Source: Chloroflexia bacterium (lineage in GTDB: Bacteria > Chloroflexota > Chloroflexia > QHBQ01 > JADMIH01). Taken from it: 38,773 nt of DNA. The first letter of the stretch is position 1. Each line of letters opens with the position of its first letter. The position numbers were made by a program, and so were the translations under genes. The DNA lies in the NCBI GenBank assembly GCA_038246925.1, contig JBBRVL010000002.1, forward strand, positions 1 to 38,773, written 5' to 3'. The notes beneath the pieces are model-generated. The model was not told the origin of the DNA and searched no databases. It was given only the letters and a program-made list of their open reading frames with translations. Of this stretch, positions 16,066 through 24,604 are shown one piece after another.

Positions 16066-18326
16066 AACTACCGCCAAAGCGTCCATATCGCGCCCTGCAT
16101 GTAGGGCTGGTGCTGATGTTTGTGCTGCTCACGGGGCAACTGTACAACATGCAGATACTCCAGGGCGAGAGCTATAAAGCAAAGGCCCAGGGCAATCGTG
16201 AGCGCACCTTGCCGCTCGAGGCTACGCGCGGCGTTCTATACGACCGAAACGGCAAGCGACTTGTCACCAACAATCCGTCATATTCGATCGCAGTCACAGC
16301 CGCAGATGTAGAAGATATCAACTGCTCAGCCGGGCCGGGTGCGCTAGAGTCCCAGGTGCTCACTACCAGGCTTTTCACTGACCTGGCCGCCACGCTCAAT
16401 CAGACGCAGACCACTACTTTGACCACAACCGCCGAGCCGTTGGTGAAATATGTGATAACGGTCAAGCCAAAAGAACTGCCGCTCGACAAGGTGGGAGAGG
16501 TGGCTAACCGGCTCTCGGTCCCATTGAAGGCTGTCAACTACAAAGAGACGATACTTGCCCCGCTCACCCAGACGGTATCCGCCAACCCCACAAGCGAGAA
16601 CCTGTTCTTGCTCAGGAAAGATGTGACTGAAGCCGAAGCGCAGTCTATACGGGCGCAGTCGGAGTTCCTGCCCGGCATACAGGTCTACAACGAGCTTGAG
16701 TACAACTTTATCAGGGGGTTCAGCAACTGCTTGAAGCCGGTAGTCGTCAAGCGTGGTGTCGATTACAACCCCATGCAGTCTGTTGCCTCGACGCTAAGCA
16801 AGCTTCCCGGCGTAAGTGTTGAGCCTGAGCCTATACGACAGTACGCGGACGGCTCGTTGCTCTCCCATCTTCTCGGATTCGTAGGCCCCATTTCACGGGA
16901 GGATTACGAGCAGTCGCCCGGTGTGTATGAGCCAGACGACAAGGTAGGGCAGACCGGCATCGAAGCGAGCATGGAGAAGGAGCTTCGCGGCGCTAAGGGC
17001 GAGTCGCGCGTCATGGTCAACTCCAAAGAGCGCATTGTGACTGAAGTTTCCTCAAGGCCACCCATCACCGGCAACAATGTAACGCTAACCCTCGACACCG
17101 AACTTCAAAGGGCTGTCACATCGGCCCTGCAGGATGGTATCACCAAAGCAAATGTGAAGTCGGGTGTGGCTATCGTGATGCGCGTCGATAATGGGCAGGT
17201 CCTGTCGATGGTATCTCTCCCATCCTATGATAACAACCTCTTCTCGGCGGGCATCTCGCAAGCAGATTTCGACCGCCTGAATACAGACCCCGCTCTTCCC
17301 ATGTTCAATCGCGCCATCGGAGGAGCTTACCCACCCGGCTCTACTTACAAGATGATTACCGCTTCGGCGGCTTTGCAGGAGGGGGTCGTGACTGCGGACA
17401 CGACCTATGTGTGCCCCGGCTACATCGAGGTGCCTTATACATGGGACGAAAAGACACGTAATCCTTTCCGAGATTGGCGCGCCCAGGGCCACGGTACGAT
17501 CAATGTAGTCCAGGCGTTGACCGTCTCCAGTGACGTCTTCTTCTATATCGCGGCGGGGCCTAAACAGGAAGACCGCAAGACAGTAAAGCAAGATGGTAGT
17601 GAAGAGATATTGTGGACCCGGTATTACACGCCGGGCGCGAAGAAGTACACCGAGTTCAACGGCCTCGGCATAGATAAACTTGAGCGTTACGCTACAGCCT
17701 ATGGACTCGGAAAGAAGACCGGTATCGAGCTGCCCGGTGAAGTCGCGGGACTGTCGCCCAACCCCGCATGGAAAGAAAAACTTGATCCAGACAACAAGTG
17801 GTCGATGGGTGACACGCTGGTGACGGCTATCGGCCAGGGCTACAACCTTATGACCCCCTTGCAGCTTGTGAATGTAACAGCGGCGGTCGCGAACGGCGGC
17901 ACACTTTATCAGCCGCAACTTGTGGAGAAGGTCACAGACTGGTCTGGAAATGTGGTAAAAGATTACCAGCCGAAAGTGCTCGGTCAGGTGCCGGTCTCTC
18001 CCGAGAATCTTGCCCTTGTCAGGAAAGGCATGAGGCAGGCCATCGCCGATAAGGTCAAGGGAACGGCCGCTAACCGTTTCACACTGAAGAGCATACCTGT
18101 TGCGGGCAAGACTGGGACCGCCGAGTATGGCGAGATCGTTTCAATAAAGAACGGCAAGGAAACCAGGCGCTCCCATGCCTGGTTCACCGCTTTTGCGCCT
18201 TACGACAAGCCGGAGATCGCGGTCGTAGTATTGCTCGAAGGCGGGCAGGAAAGCCTTGAAGGCTCGACCTTTGCTGTGCCGGTGACCGATGCTATTATGA
18301 AGGCCTACTTCAAGGTGAATGAGTAA
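16059..18326 (+). CDS. mrdA: penicillin-binding protein 2 (elongasome class B transpeptidase)
   Basis: 755 aa with an N-terminal TM anchor. The motifs are STYK (PGSTYKM), SSD and KTGTAE. It lies immediately after mreBCD. It is longer than typical PBP2 because of an extra segment in the N-terminal pedestal region. Confidence 0.93.
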   Translation: MVELPPKRPYRALHVGLVLMFVLLTGQLYNMQILQGESYKAKAQGNRERTLPLEATRGVLYDRNGKRLVTNNPSYSIAVTAADVEDINCSAGPGALESQVLTTRLFTDLAATLNQTQTTTLTTTAEPLVKYVITVKPKELPLDKVGEVANRLSVPLKAVNYKETILAPLTQTVSANPTSENLFLLRKDVTEAEAQSIRAQSEFLPGIQVYNELEYNFIRGFSNCLKPVVVKRGVDYNPMQSVASTLSKLPGVSVEPEPIRQYADGSLLSHLLGFVGPISREDYEQSPGVYEPDDKVGQTGIEASMEKELRGAKGESRVMVNSKERIVTEVSSRPPITGNNVTLTLDTELQRAVTSALQDGITKANVKSGVAIVMRVDNGQVLSMVSLPSYDNNLFSAGISQADFDRLNTDPALPMFNRAIGGAYPPGSTYKMITASAALQEGVVTADTTYVCPGYIEVPYTWDEKTRNPFRDWRAQGHGTINVVQALTVSSDVFFYIAAGPKQEDRKTVKQDGSEEILWTRYYTPGAKKYTEFNGLGIDKLERYATAYGLGKKTGIELPGEVAGLSPNPAWKEKLDPDNKWSMGDTLVTAIGQGYNLMTPLQLVNVTAAVANGGTLYQPQLVEKVTDWSGNVVKDYQPKVLGQVPVSPENLALVRKGMRQAIADKVKGTAANRFTLKSIPVAGKTGTAEYGEIVSIKNGKETRRSHAWFTAFAPYDKPEIAVVVLLEGGQESLEGSTFAVPVTDAIMKAYFKVNE

Positions 18327-18342
18327 AGCCCGTTATGAGGTG

Positions 18343-18462
18343 ATTTCAAAACAGGCAAAAGGAACGTAGGGGCATGAGCGTAGCGGGGGCGTGTGTTCAC
18401 CCTTGCCCGAGTACCATCCCCAACAGGGCTGACACACGGGTCCGCCCCTACGATTTTGAAAT
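18343..18462. repeat. long imperfect inverted repeat / structured element between mrdA and minC
   Basis: atttcaaaa (18343-18351) pairs with ttttgaaat (18454-18462). cgtaggggc (18365-18373) pairs with gcccctacg (18444-18452). cgtgtgt (18390-18396) pairs with acacacg (18432-18438). Confidence 0.45.
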
Positions 18463-18500
18463 GTGCTTTATGTAGTGTTATTAGTCTATGAGGACTAACT

Positions 18501-19247
18501 TTGCAAGTGTCAGAAGCTGTCATTATAAAGGGAGTGCGTGAAGGGCTGTTGCTCATCCTGGATGACGACGTATCATTCTCGCAGATCCTGACCGCCCTGG
18601 TAGAACGTATAAAGGCGCAGCCCAACTTCTTCAAAGGCGCGCCAGTAACCATCAACGCAGGCCACCGTGTTATAGATAGGCCAGAGTTCGACGTGCTCTA
18701 CCGTATGCTCACACGCAACGAGATGAAGGTACAAACCTTCGTCAGCCTCTCAGCGCAGAGCCGCATGGTCGCCGAGGGTTACGGAGTCGCCAGCCGCCCG
18801 CCTTCATTTGCCGCAGGCGACGCAGGTGTGCAGGTCGGCCTCAAGGGGCGCGGCGCATATGCCACTTCTCCTCTCGGCCCGGATATGGTAGCTAACGGCG
18901 GAGCGGAGGCAGGTAATGGTTTGTTCTTGCGGCGTAACCTCGGTCCAGGCCAATCTCTGCGCTACGGAGGCGACGTTTGCATCCTGGGTGATGTCGAGGC
19001 GGGAGCGGAAATCATCGCCGATGGTGATGTAGTTGTGTGGGGTGTGCTGCACGGTTATGTTCATGCAGGCGTGGCCGGGGACGACGAAGCGGTTGTCTGT
19101 GCGCTCCAGATGGTGCCGTCGCAGCTAGGGATCGCGGGCCTCGTCAGCAGGTTCCCCAACTCCGACGCTCCCCCGCGCCCGGAGCTTGCCCGCCTTTCCT
19201 CAGGCCGCATTGTCGTGGAGGCATGGCAGGCCGATAGCCCGCTTTGA
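18501..19247 (+). CDS. minC: septum site-determining protein MinC
   Basis: 248 aa with a TTG start. The C-terminal beta-helix signature is GDVCILGDVEAGAEIIADGDVVVWGVLHGYVHAG. The N-terminal domain has an FKGAPV-type segment. Confidence 0.88.
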   Translation: MQVSEAVIIKGVREGLLLILDDDVSFSQILTALVERIKAQPNFFKGAPVTINAGHRVIDRPEFDVLYRMLTRNEMKVQTFVSLSAQSRMVAEGYGVASRPPSFAAGDAGVQVGLKGRGAYATSPLGPDMVANGGAEAGNGLFLRRNLGPGQSLRYGGDVCILGDVEAGAEIIADGDVVVWGVLHGYVHAGVAGDDEAVVCALQMVPSQLGIAGLVSRFPNSDAPPRPELARLSSGRIVVEAWQADSPL

Positions 19248-19340
19248 GGTAATTCTATCCTAGACTTGCTTTCTATTATCTTTCAGTTTCCTAAGATGCC
19301 TCTCAATAATAAAAGAGGTGCGGGCGGAGATGGAGAAAGA

Positions 19341-19790
19341 ATGAATCTTCATGCCAGCAATGGCTCCTCATTTCACCTTAATATCATCGGCTATGAATTC
19401 CCCGAACAAGAGCAAGACGACTGGCTCACGATCTATATGGCTGTTGAGCTTCCGCAAGGCTCTTGGTCAGTTACTGACCCATTTCTTCAGACTTATGAGG
19501 TAAAGAGTCTATCTGACTGGTTTGAGGCTGTAGCTGCTCAGACACAGACAGAGAATGAGATAGGGTTTACTGAGCCGAATCTATCGTTCGATTTAATTAA
19601 GACAACTTATGGAGCGAGATGCCTTCGCATACACTTCGCAATAGAATGTCTACCGCCCTGGGCACATAGGACCAAGTACGGAACAGAAGATGTATTCGCT
19701 GACTTTCCTCTATCGGAAATTGACCTGCGTGCAGCAGCTGAAGCTCTACGGTCTCAACTGAAACTTTACCCGCAACGCGCGGCGCGCTAG
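19341..19790 (+). CDS. hypothetical protein resembling the WapI-type immunity protein family (recalled similarity)
   Basis: The ATG at 19341 has a GGAG RBS. The track ORF starts at 19266. Motifs are IIGYEFPE...DDWL, W.V.DPFL.TYEV..L.DWF, FTEPNLSF and LYPQR. The gene is visibly more AT-rich than its neighbours. The family assignment is from memory and was not searched. Confidence 0.55.
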   Translation: MNLHASNGSSFHLNIIGYEFPEQEQDDWLTIYMAVELPQGSWSVTDPFLQTYEVKSLSDWFEAVAAQTQTENEIGFTEPNLSFDLIKTTYGARCLRIHFAIECLPPWAHRTKYGTEDVFADFPLSEIDLRAAAEALRSQLKLYPQRAAR

Positions 19791-19812
19791 GTGTATTAGG
19801 TGTTCTAAATAC

Positions 19813-19845
19813 AAGAGGGACATGCATCGGATGCATGTCCCTCTT
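19813..19845. terminator. bidirectional intrinsic terminator hairpin
   Basis: A perfect 15-bp stem, aagagggacatgcat (19813-19827) with atgcatgtccctctt (19831-19845), and a 3-nt loop. T-rich tails lie on both strands. It sits between convergent genes. Confidence 0.75.
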
Positions 19846-19878
19846 TATTCTGGCTTTGGCAATGCCATACGCTCCGTC

Positions 19879-20109
19879 TCAGGCAGCCGTGCGCGGTTCC
19901 AACAACTCCCCTTGTCCTACCCAGAAGTGGTTCGGCCTCACGTATTCAGCCACTTTGACTTCTACACCGTCACAGGTAGCAAGGTCATCGGCGTTCACCA
20001 GGCAGATGTTAGGGGCTTCACCGAACCTGGCAACATATCTCTCTACAGCTTCCTCGATCTTCTCGGCAGGGCTTTTCTTTTTTTCATCATCAAACCAACC
20101 TAGAAACAT
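19879..20109 (-). CDS. small hypothetical protein (76 aa)
   Basis: The ORF begins MFLGWFDDEKKK, with an AAGGAG RBS 9 nt upstream of the ATG at 20109. The track start at 20130 lacks an RBS. A consensus promoter lies upstream and a terminator hairpin downstream. Confidence 0.6.
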   Translation of the reverse strand: MFLGWFDDEKKKSPAEKIEEAVERYVARFGEAPNICLVNADDLATCDGVEVKVAEYVRPNHFWVGQGELLEPRTAA

Positions 20110-20176
20110 AGCACACTCTCCTTCGCTCAAATCTTGTATCTGAAAGCAATCTGGCGTAACTAGAACTTATGTTCCC

Positions 20177-20205
20177 ATTCTAGCACGGGTTACGTGTGCT
20201 GTCAA
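20177..20205 (-). promoter_or_regulatory. near-consensus promoter on the minus strand (TTGACA-N17-TAGAAT)
   Basis: The reverse complement of 20200-20205 is TTGACA and of 20177-20182 is TAGAAT, with a 17-nt spacer. It lies about 65 nt upstream of the small gene's ATG. Confidence 0.55.
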
Positions 20206-20260
20206 TAGGAAATCAAGCAGGAGTTGTACACATAAACGAGGAGATGGAGGCGTAGAATCA

Positions 20261-20300
20261 ACAGGGCGGTCCGGGAGACGTATTCCCCGGACCGCCCTGT
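20261..20300 (-). terminator. GC-rich hairpin downstream of the ABC binding-protein gene
   Basis: A 15-bp perfect stem, acagggcggtccggg (20261-20275) with cccggaccgccctgt (20286-20300), and a 10-nt loop. It lies 18 nt past the stop at 20319-20321. There is no clear U-tract. Confidence 0.5.
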
Positions 20301-20318
20301 CACTATAGCTGGGTGAGC

Positions 20319-21731
20319 CTATTTTTCGCTGCTACCTTGCGCGAACAGGTCTGTCGTTTCCTTTGTTGCCATATCGATAGCATCGTCGATCGACTTCAGC
20401 TTATAGAGGGCCTGTTCAAGCTCCTCATTTACGATGCCTTCGATTTGGGGCCATGTGGAAAGCACAGGCACAAGCTTGACTGTTGGGATGACATCGAGGA
20501 ACATCTTGCTATTGGCCGGGGACTGAGTTGGGTCGAGGAAAGCGGGTGACTCGGCGACACTCTTGAGAGAGGGCACCGTTCGACCCAGTTTGGCAGCTAT
20601 CGTCTGGCCTTCGACACCCTGAGCATACTCCACGAAGGCCCAGGCCAGGTCTTTGTTCTTCGAGGCCGCCGCTATACAGTAGGCGTCGCTGTGTAGGATA
20701 GTAGCCTTTTGCTTGCCCATAGGAAGGGGCACTACGTCCCACTGAAAGCCCTTGATCTCGCGGAACGAGGGTGTTGCCGCTCGGCTCTGCAATATCATGG
20801 CGACCCGCCCATTCATGAAGGCTGTTTCGCCGTCTTCTGCCTTCGCTTCTGCTTCCGTCGGCACCACACCCTGGGTGCGCAGGTCCATGAAGAACTGCAC
20901 AGCCTCACGTGCCGCTCCCTCCTTAAGAGTGAGCGTGGTTGGCTTCTCGGTGTTGTCCACTATTTCACCGCCGTTTTGCCAGATGAAGGGGGCAAGACGG
21001 ATTAGCTGCGGCTCGACGCTGACGCCGTAGATGTCGGTCTTGCCGTCGCCGTTGGTATCCTGGGTGAGGGTCAGAGCAGCATTCAGAAAGTCATTCCACG
21101 TCCAGTCTGCCTTTGGCTCAGGTACGTTCTTGGCCTTGAACATATCCTTGTTGTAGTAGACGGCAAGACTCGATATATTCTGTGGGATGCATTGCAACAC
21201 GCCCTTGTAGCGGAATGCCTCCAGCACCTGTGGGTAGTACATATCTTCTTTCAGGGTGCTGCTCTTGGCGAGAAGCGGCCCGGCAGGCTCGAGGACGTTC
21301 TTGGCTGCGAACTGGCCGAACCGCCTGTAGTTGATGAGGAAGACGTCGGGAGGCTCACCCGCCGCGAACGCCGCCGATATCTTGCTCATGTGGTCGCCCT
21401 GGTTGGGGACATGTATGATGTTCACCGTAGGGCCTGGGTGCGCTTTGCTGAACCCGGCCACTACTTCCTGGAACACATGCAGCTCGGCGGGATCACCAAA
21501 GACCTGGAAGCTGATGCTGCCGGTCATGCCTGCTTGGCTGCTGGGGGTTGATTCGGCGGTAGTCATACTGCCTGAAGTGGCCGTAGACTCGACAGTAGCC
21601 TCTGCCGTCGGCGATGTGGCTGTAGTTGCGGTAGGTTGTGCAGCCGGGGTCTCCGGCCCGCATGCTGAAGCTACCATGCTCAGGATGACTAGCAGGCAAA
21701 TCGCTAGCCCTTGTGGTTTATGTCTTTGCAC
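20319..21731 (-). CDS. ABC transporter extracellular solute-binding protein (family 1, sugar type), probable lipoprotein
   Basis: 470 aa with a GTG start and a GGAGG RBS. The signal peptide ends MVASAC, followed by a Thr/Ala/Ser-rich linker. The SBP_bac_1-like body contains NQGDHMSKISAAFAAGEPPDVFL and WQNGGE. Confidence 0.9.
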   Translation of the reverse strand: MQRHKPQGLAICLLVILSMVASACGPETPAAQPTATTATSPTAEATVESTATSGSMTTAESTPSSQAGMTGSISFQVFGDPAELHVFQEVVAGFSKAHPGPTVNIIHVPNQGDHMSKISAAFAAGEPPDVFLINYRRFGQFAAKNVLEPAGPLLAKSSTLKEDMYYPQVLEAFRYKGVLQCIPQNISSLAVYYNKDMFKAKNVPEPKADWTWNDFLNAALTLTQDTNGDGKTDIYGVSVEPQLIRLAPFIWQNGGEIVDNTEKPTTLTLKEGAAREAVQFFMDLRTQGVVPTEAEAKAEDGETAFMNGRVAMILQSRAATPSFREIKGFQWDVVPLPMGKQKATILHSDAYCIAAASKNKDLAWAFVEYAQGVEGQTIAAKLGRTVPSLKSVAESPAFLDPTQSPANSKMFLDVIPTVKLVPVLSTWPQIEGIVNEELEQALYKLKSIDDAIDMATKETTDLFAQGSSEK

Positions 21732-21863
21732 TTTGTTTTCCTCCTATGTGGACATGAATACTAACAGGTCCCGCGCTTACGAGCGCAGGTTCCTAACCCG
21801 AAAGATACCTATCTCTCGGCTTCTATCTTCAAGTTCGCTTCTAAAGCGAAGCTGCTACTGGGG

Positions 21864-22487
21864 TTATATGTAGCGTGGGGGTGGGGTTGGGGCCTTGCCG
21901 CGCCAGGTGATCGGCTCAAATACCGGCACCTGGAACCGAACATATTCGGGGCTGTCCGATGGCTGCGCGTCGTTGTGCTGTGTCGCTGGCACCTCGTTGC
22001 CCGGTAGGTCCGGGGTATGGTGCGTTCTGCGGATCGCCTTCCCGGCCATCTGGCCCAGGCGGTCATCGTGCTTGCCGAACACCTCCAGCTCTTCGCGTTC
22101 CTGGTGATCTTCGAACGCCTGGTAGAGCATATAGACTTCGTAACGTTCGTACTCCTCGTCGTCCCCGCGTCCCTGGCGTGCGGCCCTGTAATCGACCTCG
22201 GCTGCCAGGTCAGGCTCCTGCCTTACGAGCCACCTGGCCCGCTCGCTGTTCAGTACAGAAAAGTCAACAGCCTTGTATTGTTCTCTTATGGATAGCCAGA
22301 CGGCGTCTTCATGGTCGGCAGGGATCTCGCACGGCATGTACACCAGATGGGTGCCGGGGTGCCGAGCTACCGACGCGGCATGAGTGACTGTCGACGTAAG
22401 CATGATCAGTGTGCAGCATGCAATGAGGGCAGATGCCCAATCGAACACTTTTCTATTGGCTCTCTGCCTTACCATACAGACCTTCAC
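21864..22487 (-). CDS. hypothetical secreted or membrane-anchored protein
   Basis: 207 aa with an N-terminal hydrophobic anchor (ALIACCTLIMLTSTVTHA). An acidic, Arg-rich body and a Pro-rich tail follow. Codon pattern looks coding. No recognisable family. Confidence 0.6.
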   Translation of the reverse strand: MKVCMVRQRANRKVFDWASALIACCTLIMLTSTVTHAASVARHPGTHLVYMPCEIPADHEDAVWLSIREQYKAVDFSVLNSERARWLVRQEPDLAAEVDYRAARQGRGDDEEYERYEVYMLYQAFEDHQEREELEVFGKHDDRLGQMAGKAIRRTHHTPDLPGNEVPATQHNDAQPSDSPEYVRFQVPVFEPITWRGKAPTPPPRYI

Positions 22488-22545
22488 TCTCTGATGAGTT
22501 TATCTTTTCGGTAGCCCCTGGCAAACATTATAAACAATTACTCGC

Positions 22546-23460
22546 CTAGCGTCCCAGCCAACCCGCGCCTCTCGTCTCGTCCAGGAAATATTTCTGGGCG
22601 AAGACGAACATGATAACAACCGGTATGGTGATCATGACCGCGCCCGCCATCAACAAAGGGAACTGCGTGGGGACCATCTGCTTCAGGGCTTGCAAGCCCA
22701 GGGGCAAAGTGTAGTTTGTCTGGCTGTTTAGATAAAGCAGAGGGTCGATGAAGTTGCTCCAGTAGTAAACGAACGACAACACGGCAACGGCGACTATGGA
22801 AGGGCGCACCAGGGGCAGCCCTATCGTCGCCCACACTCGGAAGGCACTCGCGCCTTCCAGCCTTGCGGACTCATACAGTTCGATAGGTATACGGGTGAAA
22901 GCCCAATGGAAAAGCAGCACATAGAAGGGGCTTGTGCCCATGAAAGCGGGCAGTATCACCGCCCAGAGCGTGTCGAGCACACCCAACCACTTGTAAACCA
23001 GAAAACGTGTTATCCAGAGAGCTGTGACCGGGACCAGGAGCGTGGCAAGCGATATTACTATGAGCATGTTCCTGGGCCGGGGGTTGATCTGTGCCATCGC
23101 GAACCCCGCCCAACTGGCTGTAATTACCGTCAGTGGAACGGCGAGCAGCACCACCTTCAGCGAGTTGGCCAGGTAAGTTCCGAACGGCAGCAGATCGTTG
23201 TATACAGTTGCATAATTCGATAGCACTACCGGCTGGGGTATCCATTCCAGGCGTGACGGCGGTGCCAGGTCCGGCTGCCGAAGTGACGCGGTAAACATCC
23301 AGATAAGCGGTATGATGAAGATAAGGGCTGCACCCACGGTCAGGAGATGATGCGCGACGTTGGATGCATCATTCGTCCAGCGGGTTAGGCCCTCGTCTAC
23401 CTCGTCCTGCGTCGGGTAGTGGTGCTGCACGGCATAAGTGTCGGCCTGCTCTCTAAGCAT
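22546..23460 (-). CDS. carbohydrate ABC transporter permease (MalG/UgpE-like)
   Basis: 304 aa and polytopic, with the EAA loop ESARLEGASAFRVWATIGLPLVRP. It overlaps the upstream permease by 8 nt. Confidence 0.93.
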   Translation of the reverse strand: MLREQADTYAVQHHYPTQDEVDEGLTRWTNDASNVAHHLLTVGAALIFIIPLIWMFTASLRQPDLAPPSRLEWIPQPVVLSNYATVYNDLLPFGTYLANSLKVVLLAVPLTVITASWAGFAMAQINPRPRNMLIVISLATLLVPVTALWITRFLVYKWLGVLDTLWAVILPAFMGTSPFYVLLFHWAFTRIPIELYESARLEGASAFRVWATIGLPLVRPSIVAVAVLSFVYYWSNFIDPLLYLNSQTNYTLPLGLQALKQMVPTQFPLLMAGAVMITIPVVIMFVFAQKYFLDETRGAGWLGR

Positions 23461-24403
23461 TGATTCCCCCTCGCCACTTCCTTATTACCAGGAATTGCAG
23501 GGCTATGATGGCTGCTGTAATCGCATACATAACCCATGTCATGCCTGCCGCATAACCGAACCTCTGGTGCTCGGTGATGTACTGCCACACATAGGCAGGG
23601 AGGAACAGGGTTGCGTAATAGGGTGATCCGCCCTCGAACGTGATCAGCGAAGGCACGAAGGTAGTCTGAAAACTGAGGGCTGTATCGCGGAAGACCAGCA
23701 GAATAAGGGCGGGTGCGAGCAGGGGCAGTGTGAGAAACCGGAAGCGCTGCCACCCGGTCGCTCCGTCGATCCTCGCGGCCTCCTCCAGCTCGCCCGGTAT
23801 ATCTTGAAGGGCCGCCAGCATGAGGACGAACCCCTCGCCTATCGGCAGGAGCATCATAATTACCACGGCAAATTTCGCGGGCCACGGCTCCAACAGCCAG
23901 CCTTCGGCTTTCTGGCCGAATACCGGCAAGACCCAGTTCAGAGGCCCATATAAGGGGTTGAATATGTAAAGCCACAGAAGCGCATAAGCCACATCCGGGA
24001 TGATGGTTGGGAGGTAGACGATGCTCCTGAATACCTTGTTCGATCTGCGCCGCCTGTGCAGCAGAAAGGCGAGCAGCATTGCGCCCAGCGCCCTGAGCGG
24101 AATGGCAGTGACAATGAAAAAGAGGGAAACACCAAGCCCGTTCCAAAAGAGCCTGTCGGAAAACATCTCTCGGAAGTTGTCGAGGCCCACCCATTCAGGA
24201 GGACTCAGCGCATCATAGTCGGTGAAGGCAAAAGGCACGGAGAGCAGCGCAGGCAGCAACACCAGCACGATCAGCCCCAGCAAGTAAGGGAGCAGCAGGA
24301 TCCACAGCTGGCGCTTGTAAGTAATACGCGCCAGAAGAGGGGCCAAGGGTGATACCGGCTTATCTTCGCTTCTGGCCGGACGCTCCTCTGTAGCCACGCT
24401 CAT
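23453..24403 (-). CDS. carbohydrate ABC transporter permease (MalF/UgpA-like)
   Basis: 316 aa and polytopic, with the EAA loop EAARIDGATGWQRFRFLTLPLLAP. Confidence 0.93.
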   Translation of the reverse strand: MSVATEERPARSEDKPVSPLAPLLARITYKRQLWILLLPYLLGLIVLVLLPALLSVPFAFTDYDALSPPEWVGLDNFREMFSDRLFWNGLGVSLFFIVTAIPLRALGAMLLAFLLHRRRRSNKVFRSIVYLPTIIPDVAYALLWLYIFNPLYGPLNWVLPVFGQKAEGWLLEPWPAKFAVVIMMLLPIGEGFVLMLAALQDIPGELEEAARIDGATGWQRFRFLTLPLLAPALILLVFRDTALSFQTTFVPSLITFEGGSPYYATLFLPAYVWQYITEHQRFGYAAGMTWVMYAITAAIIALQFLVIRKWRGGINA

Positions 24404-24604
24404 GCTGCATCCCAGCTTATGAAGGAGTAGAACGAGGGGAGAGGTTGTGGACTGTGTATTTTAGATGGGTGGCGTAAGATGTTCGGGGTCGTCCTTTCTG
24501 GATAGCATCGAGGTACTGCTATTACCGTGGCGTTTATGATCTCAGGCCGAGGGCGGGGAATATAGGCAGTATAAAGGGAAACGCACGAGCCGCGCAAGAA
24601 TACC

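Noticed and set aside
17085-17918. Long antisense ORFs inside confident genes, such as 17085-17918(-), 25110-25877(-), 23397-24194(-), 34579-35484(-), 28994-29587(-), 5334-5879(-) and 12503-13030(+)
   Set aside because: They lie opposite or out of frame within genes that have strong family signatures. They have Arg/Pro/Gly/Ser-rich shadow-ORF composition typical of GC-rich DNA and show no recognisable motifs.
18327-18500. The mrdA-minC hairpin as a 6S RNA or a tRNA
   Set aside because: At about 120 nt it is shorter than typical 6S RNA, and I cannot identify a clear central bubble with flanking closing and terminal stems. It has no cloverleaf or anticodon architecture. I kept it only as an unexplained structured repeat.
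19266-19790. ORF after minC as minD
   Set aside because: There is no deviant Walker A (KGGxGKT) or any P-loop, and the size and sequence are unlike MinD. It fits an immunity-type small protein instead.
19822-20143. Plus-strand ORFs 19822-20103 and 19835-20143
   Set aside because: They start inside the terminator hairpin and run antisense to the small minus-strand gene, which has its own RBS, promoter and terminator. Their composition is low-complexity.
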